64,000 nt of DNA from an uncultured cyanobacterium. Its GTDB lineage: Bacteria; Cyanobacteriota; Cyanobacteriia; Phormidesmidales; Phormidesmidaceae. Positions 20,198 to 30,427 of this stretch are shown piece after piece (position 1 is the stretch's first letter; each line of letters opens with the position of its first letter). A program made the translations under genes and the position numbers. The notes under the pieces were generated by a model. It made no database searches. It was given only the letters and a program-made list of their open reading frames with translations, and was not told the DNA's origin. The DNA lies in contig CAWBZI010000007.1 of the NCBI GenBank assembly GCA_963793265.1, positions 128,001 to 192,000 of the forward strand, written 5' to 3'.

Positions 20198-22294
20198 CTA
20201 CGCTCTACCCTCTGAGGGTGCCAGACGAATTGAGGCTCTATAATCTGTTATCCATCTCTTGCTGAGCACTTCAAGCTGCTGCCGTTCCGCTGTGCCAAGG
20301 CTATTAGGATCGAATCGGTGACGGTAGTGCAGCATCAAAATCGTTTGCAAGCCTGCCCACTGTATTTCTGATAGATTCTCTCGCAGGCGATCGCCCCACT
20401 GCAAAAAAGACTCCGCCGGTAGCCGCTGCAAATCTTGCGCGCTCAGATGCTGCTCAATGTCATATAGCTCTGAATCTAGTCCTTTGGCTACCGACTCCGC
20501 ATTCTCTTTTAAGCCCAAGACTTCTAATGTATTTTTCCGCTGCCCTTGAAATGACTGCGTAGAGCGCCAGAGTAAATAGCAAAAGAGCGGTATTACAATC
20601 ATGAGTACTTCTTTTAGTCCTAACTCTCCTAGCTGACGAATTCGGTAGGTGCTTTGAAACCCTAAAAAGGACATAAAATCTGAAATATTTTGCCAGGATG
20701 TCCTTAGTTCTCTATCCCTTGTTGTCCAGTCAGGCGGCGTGGTGTCTAGGGTCTGCCAAGCGCCCTCTAGATAGACCAGCGTCCAGGCGTGGGCATCGCG
20801 GCTGCGAACAATATATTGATTTTCGAGCGCGCTAAACTCATGGACGGAATAGCCTACGGCGTAGCGAGCTGGAATCCCCGCCCCGCGTAGCAATAAGGCG
20901 GTGGCACTGGCAAAGTACTCGCAGTGGCCCGCTTGGGTATTGAGCAAAAAGTCCGAGACTGCGGAGGTGTTGGCTGCTGGTTTTAGCAAATCGAGAGAGT
21001 ATTTGAAGTTTTGAAGGTAGGCGGCAATCTGGTTGGCGATCGCACGATCTGATCCAGTGAGGTCAAGCTTTGCCAGAGTGCTTTCAACCGCAGCTTTATC
21101 GACATTGGGAATTTGTAAATCTGTCGGCGTCGGCGGTATGTCGGCAAGCGGCGTCTCCCTGCCTGATTCAAACTGCACCTCGTAGGCCGCGGTGCCGGTA
21201 GCATCTACCTGCACCGCGCCGTATTGATTGCGCTGCATTTCTTCAACGGGTAGCTGACGAATAGTGGAAGTGCCGCGCGGTAGGGTTAGGACGCCATCAC
21301 CGCGTTCTAAATCCGTAGAGATGGTGATGGATTTGGTGCGATCGCCCGCTGCTCCGAGTATCCAACTACCCGCTTCATCGCCGGGCGGCACTGGGTTAAA
21401 GAGAGAATCGGTAGCCCGCCAGGCGGAGAGCTGGTACTGGTTGTAGACAGCCTCTTGAAGGAGTAAGGGAAACGTGTCAGAGGAGTTAGCCTCTAGCTGG
21501 CTTTCAGCAACGCGGAAGGCAATCCGGCCAGATAGCTTCAGTCTACCAATAGCACCCATCTGGGTGGCGGTGCCGTTGGGATTGATTCTACCGCTGGCGA
21601 TATTGCCGAGCATCGCAATGACTTGAGATTCTAAACGTTGCTGAAACTGCGCAAGCTGCAAATGGCCAGCAAACCCTAGACCTGTAGAAAGGCAAAAAAG
21701 CAGCACCCATAGAATTGGCGCTGAACGCCTTGGTCTGAGTGGCCACAGCAAAAGGGCGGTAAGCACAGTCGCCGCGCCATAGAAGAAAAACCGATCGGTA
21801 TCTGCCGCGCTAGCTGCCACCAGGCAGGTGCCAAAATAGAGATAGTACAGATTAAGCGGACTTCGCTGACGGCGAATGCCCCGCTTTAGCAGATGCGGAT
21901 CTGAAAACCAGTCGAGGAGTCGCGCCTGTGTGTCAATCCCGTAGGTTTGGGCGAGCAGTAAAGGGAGCAAAGCAGCAGGCAGCCATTGCAGCAGACCGTA
22001 GATAAAGAGTGATTTTTGAGTGGTGATGAGCACCGCGAGCAGCATGGCGAGAATGGCACCGCAGAGCTTAGCGGCTTCTTTAAGATCCGGTAGAGAGATT
22101 TCCCAGCGATGCTTCACCACATGGCGAGCTTCTAAGCTCAAAATGATAGGAATAGCGACCCAGAGAAGGCCCGTTTGCCATCCCCAGAGGGCCGTTGCTA
22201 GGCTGCATAAGCTGGCGTCGTTAAGCCAGGTAGATATCTGTTGGACAAACGTAGAGGATTGAGCCGATCTGGAGGGTGGCACGCTGGTTTTCAT
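20198..22294 (-). CDS. Membrane transglutaminase-like domain protein
   Basis: N-terminal TM helices; GHCEYFA, HAW and DTTP catalytic triad motifs. Confidence 0.88.
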   Translation of the reverse strand: MKTSVPPSRSAQSSTFVQQISTWLNDASLCSLATALWGWQTGLLWVAIPIILSLEARHVVKHRWEISLPDLKEAAKLCGAILAMLLAVLITTQKSLFIYGLLQWLPAALLPLLLAQTYGIDTQARLLDWFSDPHLLKRGIRRQRSPLNLYYLYFGTCLVAASAADTDRFFFYGAATVLTALLLWPLRPRRSAPILWVLLFCLSTGLGFAGHLQLAQFQQRLESQVIAMLGNIASGRINPNGTATQMGAIGRLKLSGRIAFRVAESQLEANSSDTFPLLLQEAVYNQYQLSAWRATDSLFNPVPPGDEAGSWILGAAGDRTKSITISTDLERGDGVLTLPRGTSTIRQLPVEEMQRNQYGAVQVDATGTAAYEVQFESGRETPLADIPPTPTDLQIPNVDKAAVESTLAKLDLTGSDRAIANQIAAYLQNFKYSLDLLKPAANTSAVSDFLLNTQAGHCEYFASATALLLRGAGIPARYAVGYSVHEFSALENQYIVRSRDAHAWTLVYLEGAWQTLDTTPPDWTTRDRELRTSWQNISDFMSFLGFQSTYRIRQLGELGLKEVLMIVIPLFCYLLWRSTQSFQGQRKNTLEVLGLKENAESVAKGLDSELYDIEQHLSAQDLQRLPAESFLQWGDRLRENLSEIQWAGLQTILMLHYRHRFDPNSLGTAERQQLEVLSKRWITDYRASIRLAPSEGRA

Positions 22295-23706
22295 AGCGTT
22301 AACAAGCCCTCCTGAATTCGGTTCAGGTGCAATACGTGAAGACTACTTTGATTGTTCCTCAAGCAGCTACGATCCAGTGGTTCTGCTAAGCCCGCCTCGC
22401 TGGCAATGATCAGCCCTAACGTAGGAATGTTCGCAGCTTGCAACTGTTCGACGAGCTGTTTGCGATCGCTGTCCCACGTCAAAAAGATACAGATACAGCC
22501 ACTCAAAAGGGAAAGGCGCGATCGCACCACCGTCAGCAGCGATTCAAAGGGACGATCCTGGCAGGGGACTGCTGAGGCTAGCAAAGCCAATAGGCTTTCT
22601 GTTTGCCCGGTACCGCGTCCTGCGGTGAAGTCGTGAGCGCGATCGCCCATAAAAAGCATGTCTAGCAGAGCGTCTTGCGCCTGTTGTCCTGTTGGCAGCG
22701 TGCAGGCAAAAGAGGCTGCAACGGCCACAGCTTCTTCCAACACCTCACTATAATCATCAGCTTGAAACGTATCGAGAATCAGCGCGTGCCGAACCGAGTA
22801 CGCGATCTGTTCTTCTTTGATAATAGGTTTACCCGTTTTTGCCCAGCTCTTCCAATGAATTTTTCGAGGAGAATCGCCGGGCCGGTACTCTCGCAGCGCC
22901 CTGAACTCTTCTGAGTTTCCAACAGAAGTAGCCAAAGCTAGCCCGTCAGACTGGTAGCGCCTAGTCCCTGGCAGTTGAATATTGGGCAGTTGATAGCGCT
23001 TCGGTAAAATCAAAACCTTTTGCGGCACTGATAAGGTGACGCAGCGGTTGACTAAGCCCAGCGGATCAGGACAGATCAAGGTGAGCTTGTTGAAGCTCAG
23101 CATCCCCCGGCGTAGCGGAATAAGTTCGGCGGTGACTTCGGTTTGTTGCTTGGGCGTAAGCGTCGGCAGCAAAATTGCAGGTGCAAATGCCCAGCGCCGC
23201 CGTGCTATGAGCTTAAGCCATGCACTTCGTCCATTTTTGGCTTGCATAGCTTTGCGAAATTCTGACAGGGTAGGAAAAGCCGCTTTGAAAGACTCGCTGG
23301 CGGCAAAACCGCTTTGCTTTGTTGAACTGTGGTTATGTAAGACTATTCGATATCGCAAAGAGACATCTACGCTACCGTATTGAGGCAGATGGCGAGTAGC
23401 GCTAATTCGGTATCGAGTGCAGCGAGCAGCGATGATAGAAACGATTAGCATCGCCAGCAAGAAAGTAAAAAGCTGATAAGATACGCTGCGTTTGATATCT
23501 AACCCAACCAGGCCAAAAACAAACAGCGCGCCTAATATACCAAGTCCGCTAGGCGTGAAGTACTGGGTTAGCCACAGCCGTAGCCCGTGACTAAACTTGA
23601 GTGTCCGATAGATCACTCGCATCCCCAGCGGGCTAGGCTTTAAGCTCTTTCCCAGAAGCTGTTTTAGTCTCTGGCGAACTTGTCGAAGAGAATCATATTC
23701 CTTCAT
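22291..23706 (-). CDS. DUF58 domain protein
   Basis: EFRALREYRPGDSPRKIHWKSWAK; lies between MoxR and the transglutaminase gene. Confidence 0.88.
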   Translation of the reverse strand: MKEYDSLRQVRQRLKQLLGKSLKPSPLGMRVIYRTLKFSHGLRLWLTQYFTPSGLGILGALFVFGLVGLDIKRSVSYQLFTFLLAMLIVSIIAARCTRYRISATRHLPQYGSVDVSLRYRIVLHNHSSTKQSGFAASESFKAAFPTLSEFRKAMQAKNGRSAWLKLIARRRWAFAPAILLPTLTPKQQTEVTAELIPLRRGMLSFNKLTLICPDPLGLVNRCVTLSVPQKVLILPKRYQLPNIQLPGTRRYQSDGLALATSVGNSEEFRALREYRPGDSPRKIHWKSWAKTGKPIIKEEQIAYSVRHALILDTFQADDYSEVLEEAVAVAASFACTLPTGQQAQDALLDMLFMGDRAHDFTAGRGTGQTESLLALLASAVPCQDRPFESLLTVVRSRLSLLSGCICIFLTWDSDRKQLVEQLQAANIPTLGLIIASEAGLAEPLDRSCLRNNQSSLHVLHLNRIQEGLLTL

Positions 23707-24671
23707 CAGGCTGGAACCGGGAGCGTTTTCAAGATATCTGTGATGATGCTTTCAGCAGTTGTTCCAGAAAATTGAGACTGGGCCTCCATGACCAGGCGAT
23801 GGGCTAGCACCGACGCCGCAATCTCTTGAATATGATCGGGCGTGACAAAGCTATACCCGTCAAACAGTGCGAGTGCTTGAGCCACTTTCATCAGGGCAAT
23901 AGAGCCCCGTGGACTCGCGCCAAGCTGAACGCCTTCGGCCTGGCGCGTAGCGTTGACAATATCGACCACATAGCGCTTTAGCTCAAGGCTCACGCGTACC
24001 TGCTTGACCTGCTGCTTAAGCATAAAAATCTCCTCAATCGCGACGCAAGGGCGCACTTGACTGATTGGATGGGTTTCAATCTGATTAGAGAGAATCTCGA
24101 CCTCTTGCGCTGGTGAAATATAGCCCAGTCGAAACTGCAAAGCAAAGCGATCCATTTGGGCCTCGGGCAAGGGATAAGTCCCGCGAGCGTCGATTGGATT
24201 TTGGGTCGCGATTACAAAAAAGGGATCTCGCAGTTGATTCAGCGTTCCGTCTATGCTGACCTGTGACTCGGCCATAGCCTCTAGCAGAGCCGATTGGGTA
24301 CGAGGGGAGGCTCTATTGATCTCATCGGCAAGCACAATATTGGCAAAGATGGGGCCTTCATGAAAGTGAAAGGTGCGTTTTTCAGGATCGAGAATAGAAA
24401 CGCCGAGAATATCGGAGGGTAGTAGATCGGGCGTGAACTGGATACGCTTGAATGTAGCGTCTACAGAGAAGGCAAGAGCCTTAGCGAGCGTCGTTTTGCC
24501 AGTACCTGGATGATCTTCTAATAGCACATGGCCGCTGCTAGCGAATGCGGCTAGCAGCTTACGAACTGCCGCAGGCTGACCTTTAACGACCTGCTGAATA
24601 TTGTCAGACAGACGGCTGTAAATAGCCTGACCCGATAGAACAGCCGGAGCCGACGTAGATGAAAGTGCCAT
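23706..24671 (-). CDS. MoxR family AAA+ ATPase
   Basis: PGTGKT, RIQFTPDLLPSD, ADEINRA, ATQNP, LPEAQMDRF. Confidence 0.93.
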   Translation of the reverse strand: MALSSTSAPAVLSGQAIYSRLSDNIQQVVKGQPAAVRKLLAAFASSGHVLLEDHPGTGKTTLAKALAFSVDATFKRIQFTPDLLPSDILGVSILDPEKRTFHFHEGPIFANIVLADEINRASPRTQSALLEAMAESQVSIDGTLNQLRDPFFVIATQNPIDARGTYPLPEAQMDRFALQFRLGYISPAQEVEILSNQIETHPISQVRPCVAIEEIFMLKQQVKQVRVSLELKRYVVDIVNATRQAEGVQLGASPRGSIALMKVAQALALFDGYSFVTPDHIQEIAASVLAHRLVMEAQSQFSGTTAESIITDILKTLPVPA

Positions 24672-24765
24672 GGCAGAAGATTGAAACCAGGCGTAGCATA
24701 CCCAAATTAGAGCAAGCCGTCTTGATATAGCAAAAGTACGGATGAATTCGCACTTTTGCGCGCCA

Positions 24766-25632
24766 CTATTCCGTCTCTAGCTGTTGCACAGAGGGCATTT
24801 GCGGATAGGCTAGCTGCTGCCGGGCGCAGGCTGCTTTTATCCGCAAAACCAAATCTGTTTTATACACAAACTCATTGCGCGCGTCCATCGGATACGACTT
24901 AAGCTTTAGCTTTGTTGCCCAGGGATGCTCTGAAACAATTACTACCACTGGCAGCTTTAGCTGAGTGTAGCGACTGCTGTAGGCCGCCTGATACAAAATT
25001 TCAACCGCCAAATTAATATCAGCTCCGTGGGCAAAGTAAAATGCGGTTACCACCTGAGCCTCAAGCTGACCGCTGTTTGAGTTTGAAATTGGCTCTGTCC
25101 AGGTGGCGCTATGAGGAATCGTAACCGCATTGTCATCCGGGGTTTGTAGCTGCAATCCCCGCAGGCCGTAGTCGGTAACTTCGCCGTAGTGCTCACCGAT
25201 TTGAATGCGATCGCCCATCCGAAAAGGCCGCTCAACTAAGTTCACAATGCCCGCCACCACGGAGCTGGCGTAGTCTTTAAACACGAAGCCCAGCGCCACA
25301 AAAATTGCGCCCGAGAGCGCCAGCACATTTGGCCGGGTGAACTTAATAAACAATGTAAGTAAATAAACGCCTGCACATAAAAGAATAAACCCTCTGATCA
25401 AAGGCACAAGCTGCTTTGTCCGCAATCTATTACGACGCGCCACCTGTTCCGAAAAGTTGTCTGCCGCTGTTTTAATCACCAGCAAAATGCCGTAGGTGAT
25501 GATGAACACTAATATCGCGTGAACAATCGTTCCGACACTAATATCATGGAGAAAATCTCCGATATTATCGATGCCTAAAAAGTCAGACTGAGCTAGCAAA
25601 GCCGCGCTTCTAACAGGAAAAAGGATCATCAT
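24766..25632 (-). CDS. Small-conductance mechanosensitive channel (MscS family)
   Basis: Three TM helices, ERPFRMGDRI, GEVTDYGLR. Confidence 0.85.
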   Translation of the reverse strand: MMILFPVRSAALLAQSDFLGIDNIGDFLHDISVGTIVHAILVFIITYGILLVIKTAADNFSEQVARRNRLRTKQLVPLIRGFILLCAGVYLLTLFIKFTRPNVLALSGAIFVALGFVFKDYASSVVAGIVNLVERPFRMGDRIQIGEHYGEVTDYGLRGLQLQTPDDNAVTIPHSATWTEPISNSNSGQLEAQVVTAFYFAHGADINLAVEILYQAAYSSRYTQLKLPVVVIVSEHPWATKLKLKSYPMDARNEFVYKTDLVLRIKAACARQQLAYPQMPSVQQLETE

Positions 25633-26835
25633 CTATATTTCTCCAATCAGAAAGTTGTTGTTCTTCAGCTCGCTATAGAGCTTAGGGTAGTGAGCCGGGT
25701 GCATCGCTAGCCGCCGCCCTCGCTGAATGATGATGCCCTCGCGCTTGAGCACCTGGAGGCGATCTCGTATTTTCCTTTCAGCCTCACCCAGGCTCAGCGC
25801 CAAATGAGCCGTGGTCATCTCTTCATGAATCATCAGCGAATGTAGCAAATATCGATCCATCACCTCCAACGTCATCAGGCTTGGCAAAGCCGGTTTTGCA
25901 GGTAGCAAAATCGTTTTCCCTTCAGCCGCAGAGGCACTTTCTCTTACCCGCAAAGACTTTAGCCATAGCCGCGCCGCCGTAGCGCCAATGCCCGACGATA
26001 GGTTACTCAGACTAGCCCAACAGCGATCACTCCCCGCCTCCAACGTCACAGGCGGATCGTCGTCTGCTCCCTCTAAATTCATGACCGTCAGCGCATCGCT
26101 AAAATAAGGCAGCAGCCACGCCTTCAAATCCTCACCCTCTAGCTCTGGCAGTCGGATCGTCTGCTCCAAATACGCCCCTACCTGACACACCCGCTCCAAA
26201 AAGGCCCACGCCCAATGATTGCAGCCAAACACCCAAAATCGGGACGTATCCCGCGTACTGAGCGCCTGCAAATACTCAATGCCCTCCCAGCCCTGAATAC
26301 AGCGTAAAAAGCACTGATCTAATCGTGGTATCACCACAATTGTCGGCAGATCAATGTCCGTAGGCGCGTCATCAGGCTCCAGCTCCCTTTTAATATGCTG
26401 CGGAATCTCTAGCGGGTCGAGCGGACGCTGATACTTTTTTAGGCAAAACTGCACGTGATAGTCTTCAAACCCAGTTTGCAAGCTCTCCTTCAAAATAGCT
26501 GTCACGTCTTCTACCGGCCTGTTGAGCACCACTAGGCTATTAGGGGCGACTTCTGGGTTTGCCTGCCAGGCTGTGATCGCCTGCAATATGGCTGCTTTCA
26601 CTTCAAGCTGACAGGGCGCAGGCGCAGGCAGCTTACCGGCCTTACTTCCTAAGGGGTTAAAAATAGCGGGCGGTACGATAGTCAGCACTTCATCAGCCTC
26701 AGCGCTCGGAGCCGCCTCGCCCCATGCGGCCATCGCTTGCACAGCGGTTCGTAAAAAAGATTGAATGCCCACTGTCAAAGCCCTATCTAGATCATTTGCA
26801 CACGCTTTAAACGTTTGTACCCTCTCAGCAAGCAT
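25633..26835 (-). CDS. Hypothetical protein with C-terminal winged-helix-like segment
   Basis: 400-aa ORF abutting mscS; C-terminal HLALSLGEAERKIRDRLQVLKREGII looks like an HTH. Confidence 0.6.
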   Translation of the reverse strand: MLAERVQTFKACANDLDRALTVGIQSFLRTAVQAMAAWGEAAPSAEADEVLTIVPPAIFNPLGSKAGKLPAPAPCQLEVKAAILQAITAWQANPEVAPNSLVVLNRPVEDVTAILKESLQTGFEDYHVQFCLKKYQRPLDPLEIPQHIKRELEPDDAPTDIDLPTIVVIPRLDQCFLRCIQGWEGIEYLQALSTRDTSRFWVFGCNHWAWAFLERVCQVGAYLEQTIRLPELEGEDLKAWLLPYFSDALTVMNLEGADDDPPVTLEAGSDRCWASLSNLSSGIGATAARLWLKSLRVRESASAAEGKTILLPAKPALPSLMTLEVMDRYLLHSLMIHEEMTTAHLALSLGEAERKIRDRLQVLKREGIIIQRGRRLAMHPAHYPKLYSELKNNNFLIGEI

Positions 26836-26897
26836 TTTCTACCAATGCGGGCATATCTCAAAGGATTACGAGCAAAAATCTCTATGTTCGAGGTGTA

Positions 26898-29800
26898 TTA
26901 ATTGCTACTGCGGGCAACGGGTGCAGCCGTTGTTGTAATTCGAGTGCGGCTTTGAGACTTCCAGTGCTGATAGCGAAGTAAGGGAAAGGCGGATACTCGT
27001 TTTGCTAAAGACCAGAAGAAGACATAGCTCGCCAGCAGACGTTCGTAGGCGCTGAAACGAGACTCTTGTAGTTTCTCGAAGGCGACTTTTGAGGGAGAGT
27101 TTTCTATAGTTGGGCTAAGGTCACTAGAAAGGACAATCGCGTCTTGAAAACCCTGCTGCGCGATCGCCGGATTGTGGCCCAGCGCAATAATCTCGGCCCC
27201 CGCGCGAGCATTTTGCACACCGATTGCCTGCTTGCCCGTCATAATCACCGCGCTCTCGTCGTCTTTTCGCATGGGGTGCCGCCGCCCGTCTGGGATGCCT
27301 AAAAACACCAGGGTGCCTCTAACGACGCGGTGACCGTAGTGGTGCAGCATGTGGTCTTGCGGGTTGGCGCTGTGTATGTCTATAGAGGCGATGCCGTAGC
27401 TGAGTGAAAAGAGCTTGCTGACGTAGGCTTTTAGCAGCTTATGAACCCAGCGCACGTCTCCAACTACGAGCGAGCGGTTGCCGGTGCGGGCGACAAGCGG
27501 TCTGCCCTGAAAATATCGGAGGGCTAAGGCCCAGAGCCAGGGGCCGAAGATGTAGATGAGGATGTCTCCTAGTGTGAATAGAGGGAGTAGGAGGAGAATA
27601 GAGGGAGGCAGGTTGGCGATCGCAACTATCCCTCGAAACATCGTTTGCAGCAAAGGCATTCCTAGCCCAACGGTAATTAGGATGTAGAGTGCATGAATGG
27701 CCCATGTTGTCGGCGTTTCGGTAATGTGCAAGGCCCACTTTCGACTGCTGCTGACCAACTTTTGATGTTCAAGGGACTTGAAAGGTTTACCGCTGGCGTC
27801 GGTACCCGTAATGGCGGCCACGCGCTGCTTTAGAAAATCATCTTTCATCCGTTCTAAACAGGAAAGATCGTCTGCGGTAAGGGTCATGCCAAACGGCCCT
27901 TGACGGGCGGGAAACTGCTGCCGTAGTCGATCTGCAAGATAAAACAGGAGTTCGGTGAGTGTCGATTGTGTGGCTGCAACCACAACCGTAATCGGTTCAG
28001 CCGTTCTGCGTCCGCTGCTGTTGATGAATATGCGGCGCGTAAAGCTAGAGTCTGGATAGTAGTATTGAGCGATCGCACTTCCCATCAAACTACAAATCTC
28101 GCCAGTCATAATAAACAATTCACCAATTTTTCCCTGCTGACGTAGCCCTTCAAAAGCATTCGTCGCCTGCAGCGTCGGGAAGGTTTGGCCGGAATGGCTA
28201 ATGGCTAACACAATCGAGCTTTTGTCTAGATGCAGACCGCTAAAGCCATCGTGCAGCTTGCGCAACACCTGATTAGAAGAGAGTGTTTTGATACTCAGGG
28301 CAGGAAACAAGGTGTTTAGGTCTTGAGCAAACTGCTCACCGAGCCAGAGGCTGCTCTCAACACCCGTAATCAAAAGATCTAAAGGCTGCTCATAGCTCAT
28401 CGATTCCAGCTTAATATTGATCGTGGCTCGCTGTTTTTGTTCCCAAATTTTAGCTTTTGCCAGCAGCAGCTCAGTCAGATACGCCCCGCTCTGACGATTG
28501 AATGAATGAGGATCGCGCCAGGAAATATCTATCTGGCTAAGCACGCCAGCAATATCTTGAATATCCTGCTCAACAGGATCTTTTGCATTTTCTTTAGGCG
28601 GCAGAATATAAGGATTATCCTGTAGTGGAATCCACCGCTGCTCAAGCTCCGCACCTTGCAGCTCGCGATCTTCTCGCATTGAGTACACTGCAATATTATT
28701 AACGCCGACCCAGGCAATTTCGCCCCATTTCTGATCCAAGTCCAATCGATAGGATCTCGGAATATGCGACAGAACAGCATCCACAGCAGCAGGCTCAGAA
28801 GCATAGACCATGTAGTTATCTTCTACATTAAAACCAGTTGCAATCGGCTGCCCCCACGAGCTAAGTACAAGGCTGTCTTCGCTCAGCGTTGAAGCCGTCA
28901 CCAGGCCGAAGCTACCTTCGGCTCTAGACATAAACAGCTTCGTCGCCTGATACAGGTTGTTGTGAAAAAAGGCATAAACCGCATTTTTGACAAAAGCAGA
29001 TTGTTTTGACGCTGGCCACTGGCTGATAGTGCTGTCCTCACTGAGGGCCTTCAACAGATCTTGCTCAAAGCGGGCCACTTGCTTTCTAGAAAGCTCTAGC
29101 ATTGACTTGGCGTAGGGCAGTAGCAGCGTGCCTTTGTGCTTGAGAAAAATGGGTTTAGCGATCGCACCCCAGTCCTGTATAAGCTGTTCTGAAGGAGCCG
29201 TATTAGGCGCAGTTTTCGCAGGCGTTTCACCCCCAAACGCATCGTCGATTGACTCAGCGATCGCAAGCTGATAGGCCAGTCTTAAAGAAGCCTCCCACAT
29301 TCCCTGGGTGATCAATAAATCCATCAGTCCAGCAATTTTAGGAGAATCGCCCAGCGTCGAATTTGGCGTATGCAGCACCCGTTCAAGCCACAGCCCCAAA
29401 GGCGCATTTTGAATCGCTTCACCGAACAGCGTCCAGGCGTCGAAGTCACCGTTGTGCGTAATGCGGTGATTGACCGTCTTGCGATCGCACACCCACTTCC
29501 CCTGCTCTACCCGCCAAACGTCCGCCTCTTTTGCACCCGTCCACTCATGCCAGTGCGTTTCTACCACCGCAGGCGGACTGCTCGTAGCGTAGCGATAGTG
29601 CCAAACGCCCACAATCGCTTTGTCTAAAGGCTTTGCACCGGCACTCGTCGCTTTCTTCCGTATAGGTGAGAAGGCAGCTTCTAGCGACTGTGTAAGATTC
29701 TTCCGCTTTTGATTAACAACCTTTTCACCGACAAAAACAACCTGATCGCGCCGATCTTTAGCAAACGTAACGCCGCCGCCTGCCTGCTCTCCTCTAATTT

Positions 29801-30401
29801 CAGTCTCGCTGCCCATCGTGTGAAAAATGTCAACCACTCGCGCAGGCAGCAGCTCATCCTCATCTCTCGGCAAGCGCTCTCCTAAAAAACCAAAGTTACC
29901 GCAGTTAAAGCAGGTCGCATGGCCAGTGACAGCCGCTGCAATATCCGAGAGTGAGCTAAGCGCGATGAGGGCGTTAGCGAGTGAGAAAGCAGCGATTAAT
30001 AGGGTTGCTATCTCTCTGTTTTCAGAGGTGTTAGAAATTTGGGGAATGAATAGTATTGAGGCTGAGGCGATCGCATTAAACAAAACGCCGCCTAAGGCTT
30101 TAATCCGAATAGTCCAGGGCGTTAGTTTGCCGCTATCAACCCAAGGGTAAGGGTCGTTGCTAAGTTCAGGAAAGAAGGTAGATGCAAATGGGACACATGA
30201 TTTTGCAACGTTGAGCAAGCTTCTATTTTCAAGAATATTAGAGGCTTTTATAAAAGATAAATCTCGGTCGAGAATAGCAGTGAGTAAAACATGACCTAAG
30301 CCATGAATTATGATAGCAACGTTCCAAATAACGCGGCTCAAAAGGCAAACGATAATGATGTCTGGAGCTATGCCTTCAAAAACTATCGAACAGAGAAACA
30401 T
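26898..30401 (-). CDS. Large membrane protein with class-II glutamine amidotransferase-like and SIS-like domains (GlmS-like)
   Basis: Internal CGNFGFLG, RGEQAGG, HYRYATS, ETHWH, THNGDF, EGSFGL, YASE; SIS-like LAISHSGQTFPT. Start codon uncertain (30401 or 30455). Confidence 0.7.
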   Translation of the reverse strand: MFLCSIVFEGIAPDIIIVCLLSRVIWNVAIIIHGLGHVLLTAILDRDLSFIKASNILENRSLLNVAKSCVPFASTFFPELSNDPYPWVDSGKLTPWTIRIKALGGVLFNAIASASILFIPQISNTSENREIATLLIAAFSLANALIALSSLSDIAAAVTGHATCFNCGNFGFLGERLPRDEDELLPARVVDIFHTMGSETEIRGEQAGGGVTFAKDRRDQVVFVGEKVVNQKRKNLTQSLEAAFSPIRKKATSAGAKPLDKAIVGVWHYRYATSSPPAVVETHWHEWTGAKEADVWRVEQGKWVCDRKTVNHRITHNGDFDAWTLFGEAIQNAPLGLWLERVLHTPNSTLGDSPKIAGLMDLLITQGMWEASLRLAYQLAIAESIDDAFGGETPAKTAPNTAPSEQLIQDWGAIAKPIFLKHKGTLLLPYAKSMLELSRKQVARFEQDLLKALSEDSTISQWPASKQSAFVKNAVYAFFHNNLYQATKLFMSRAEGSFGLVTASTLSEDSLVLSSWGQPIATGFNVEDNYMVYASEPAAVDAVLSHIPRSYRLDLDQKWGEIAWVGVNNIAVYSMREDRELQGAELEQRWIPLQDNPYILPPKENAKDPVEQDIQDIAGVLSQIDISWRDPHSFNRQSGAYLTELLLAKAKIWEQKQRATINIKLESMSYEQPLDLLITGVESSLWLGEQFAQDLNTLFPALSIKTLSSNQVLRKLHDGFSGLHLDKSSIVLAISHSGQTFPTLQATNAFEGLRQQGKIGELFIMTGEICSLMGSAIAQYYYPDSSFTRRIFINSSGRRTAEPITVVVAATQSTLTELLFYLADRLRQQFPARQGPFGMTLTADDLSCLERMKDDFLKQRVAAITGTDASGKPFKSLEHQKLVSSSRKWALHITETPTTWAIHALYILITVGLGMPLLQTMFRGIVAIANLPPSILLLLPLFTLGDILIYIFGPWLWALALRYFQGRPLVARTGNRSLVVGDVRWVHKLLKAYVSKLFSLSYGIASIDIHSANPQDHMLHHYGHRVVRGTLVFLGIPDGRRHPMRKDDESAVIMTGKQAIGVQNARAGAEIIALGHNPAIAQQGFQDAIVLSSDLSPTIENSPSKVAFEKLQESRFSAYERLLASYVFFWSLAKRVSAFPLLRYQHWKSQSRTRITTTAAPVARSSN

Positions 30402-30427
30402 TGACCTACCTTTGAAAATAAGATTTT

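Noticed and set aside
20198..24671. MoxR-DUF58-transglutaminase as a novel system
   Set aside because: A widespread, already described operon type.
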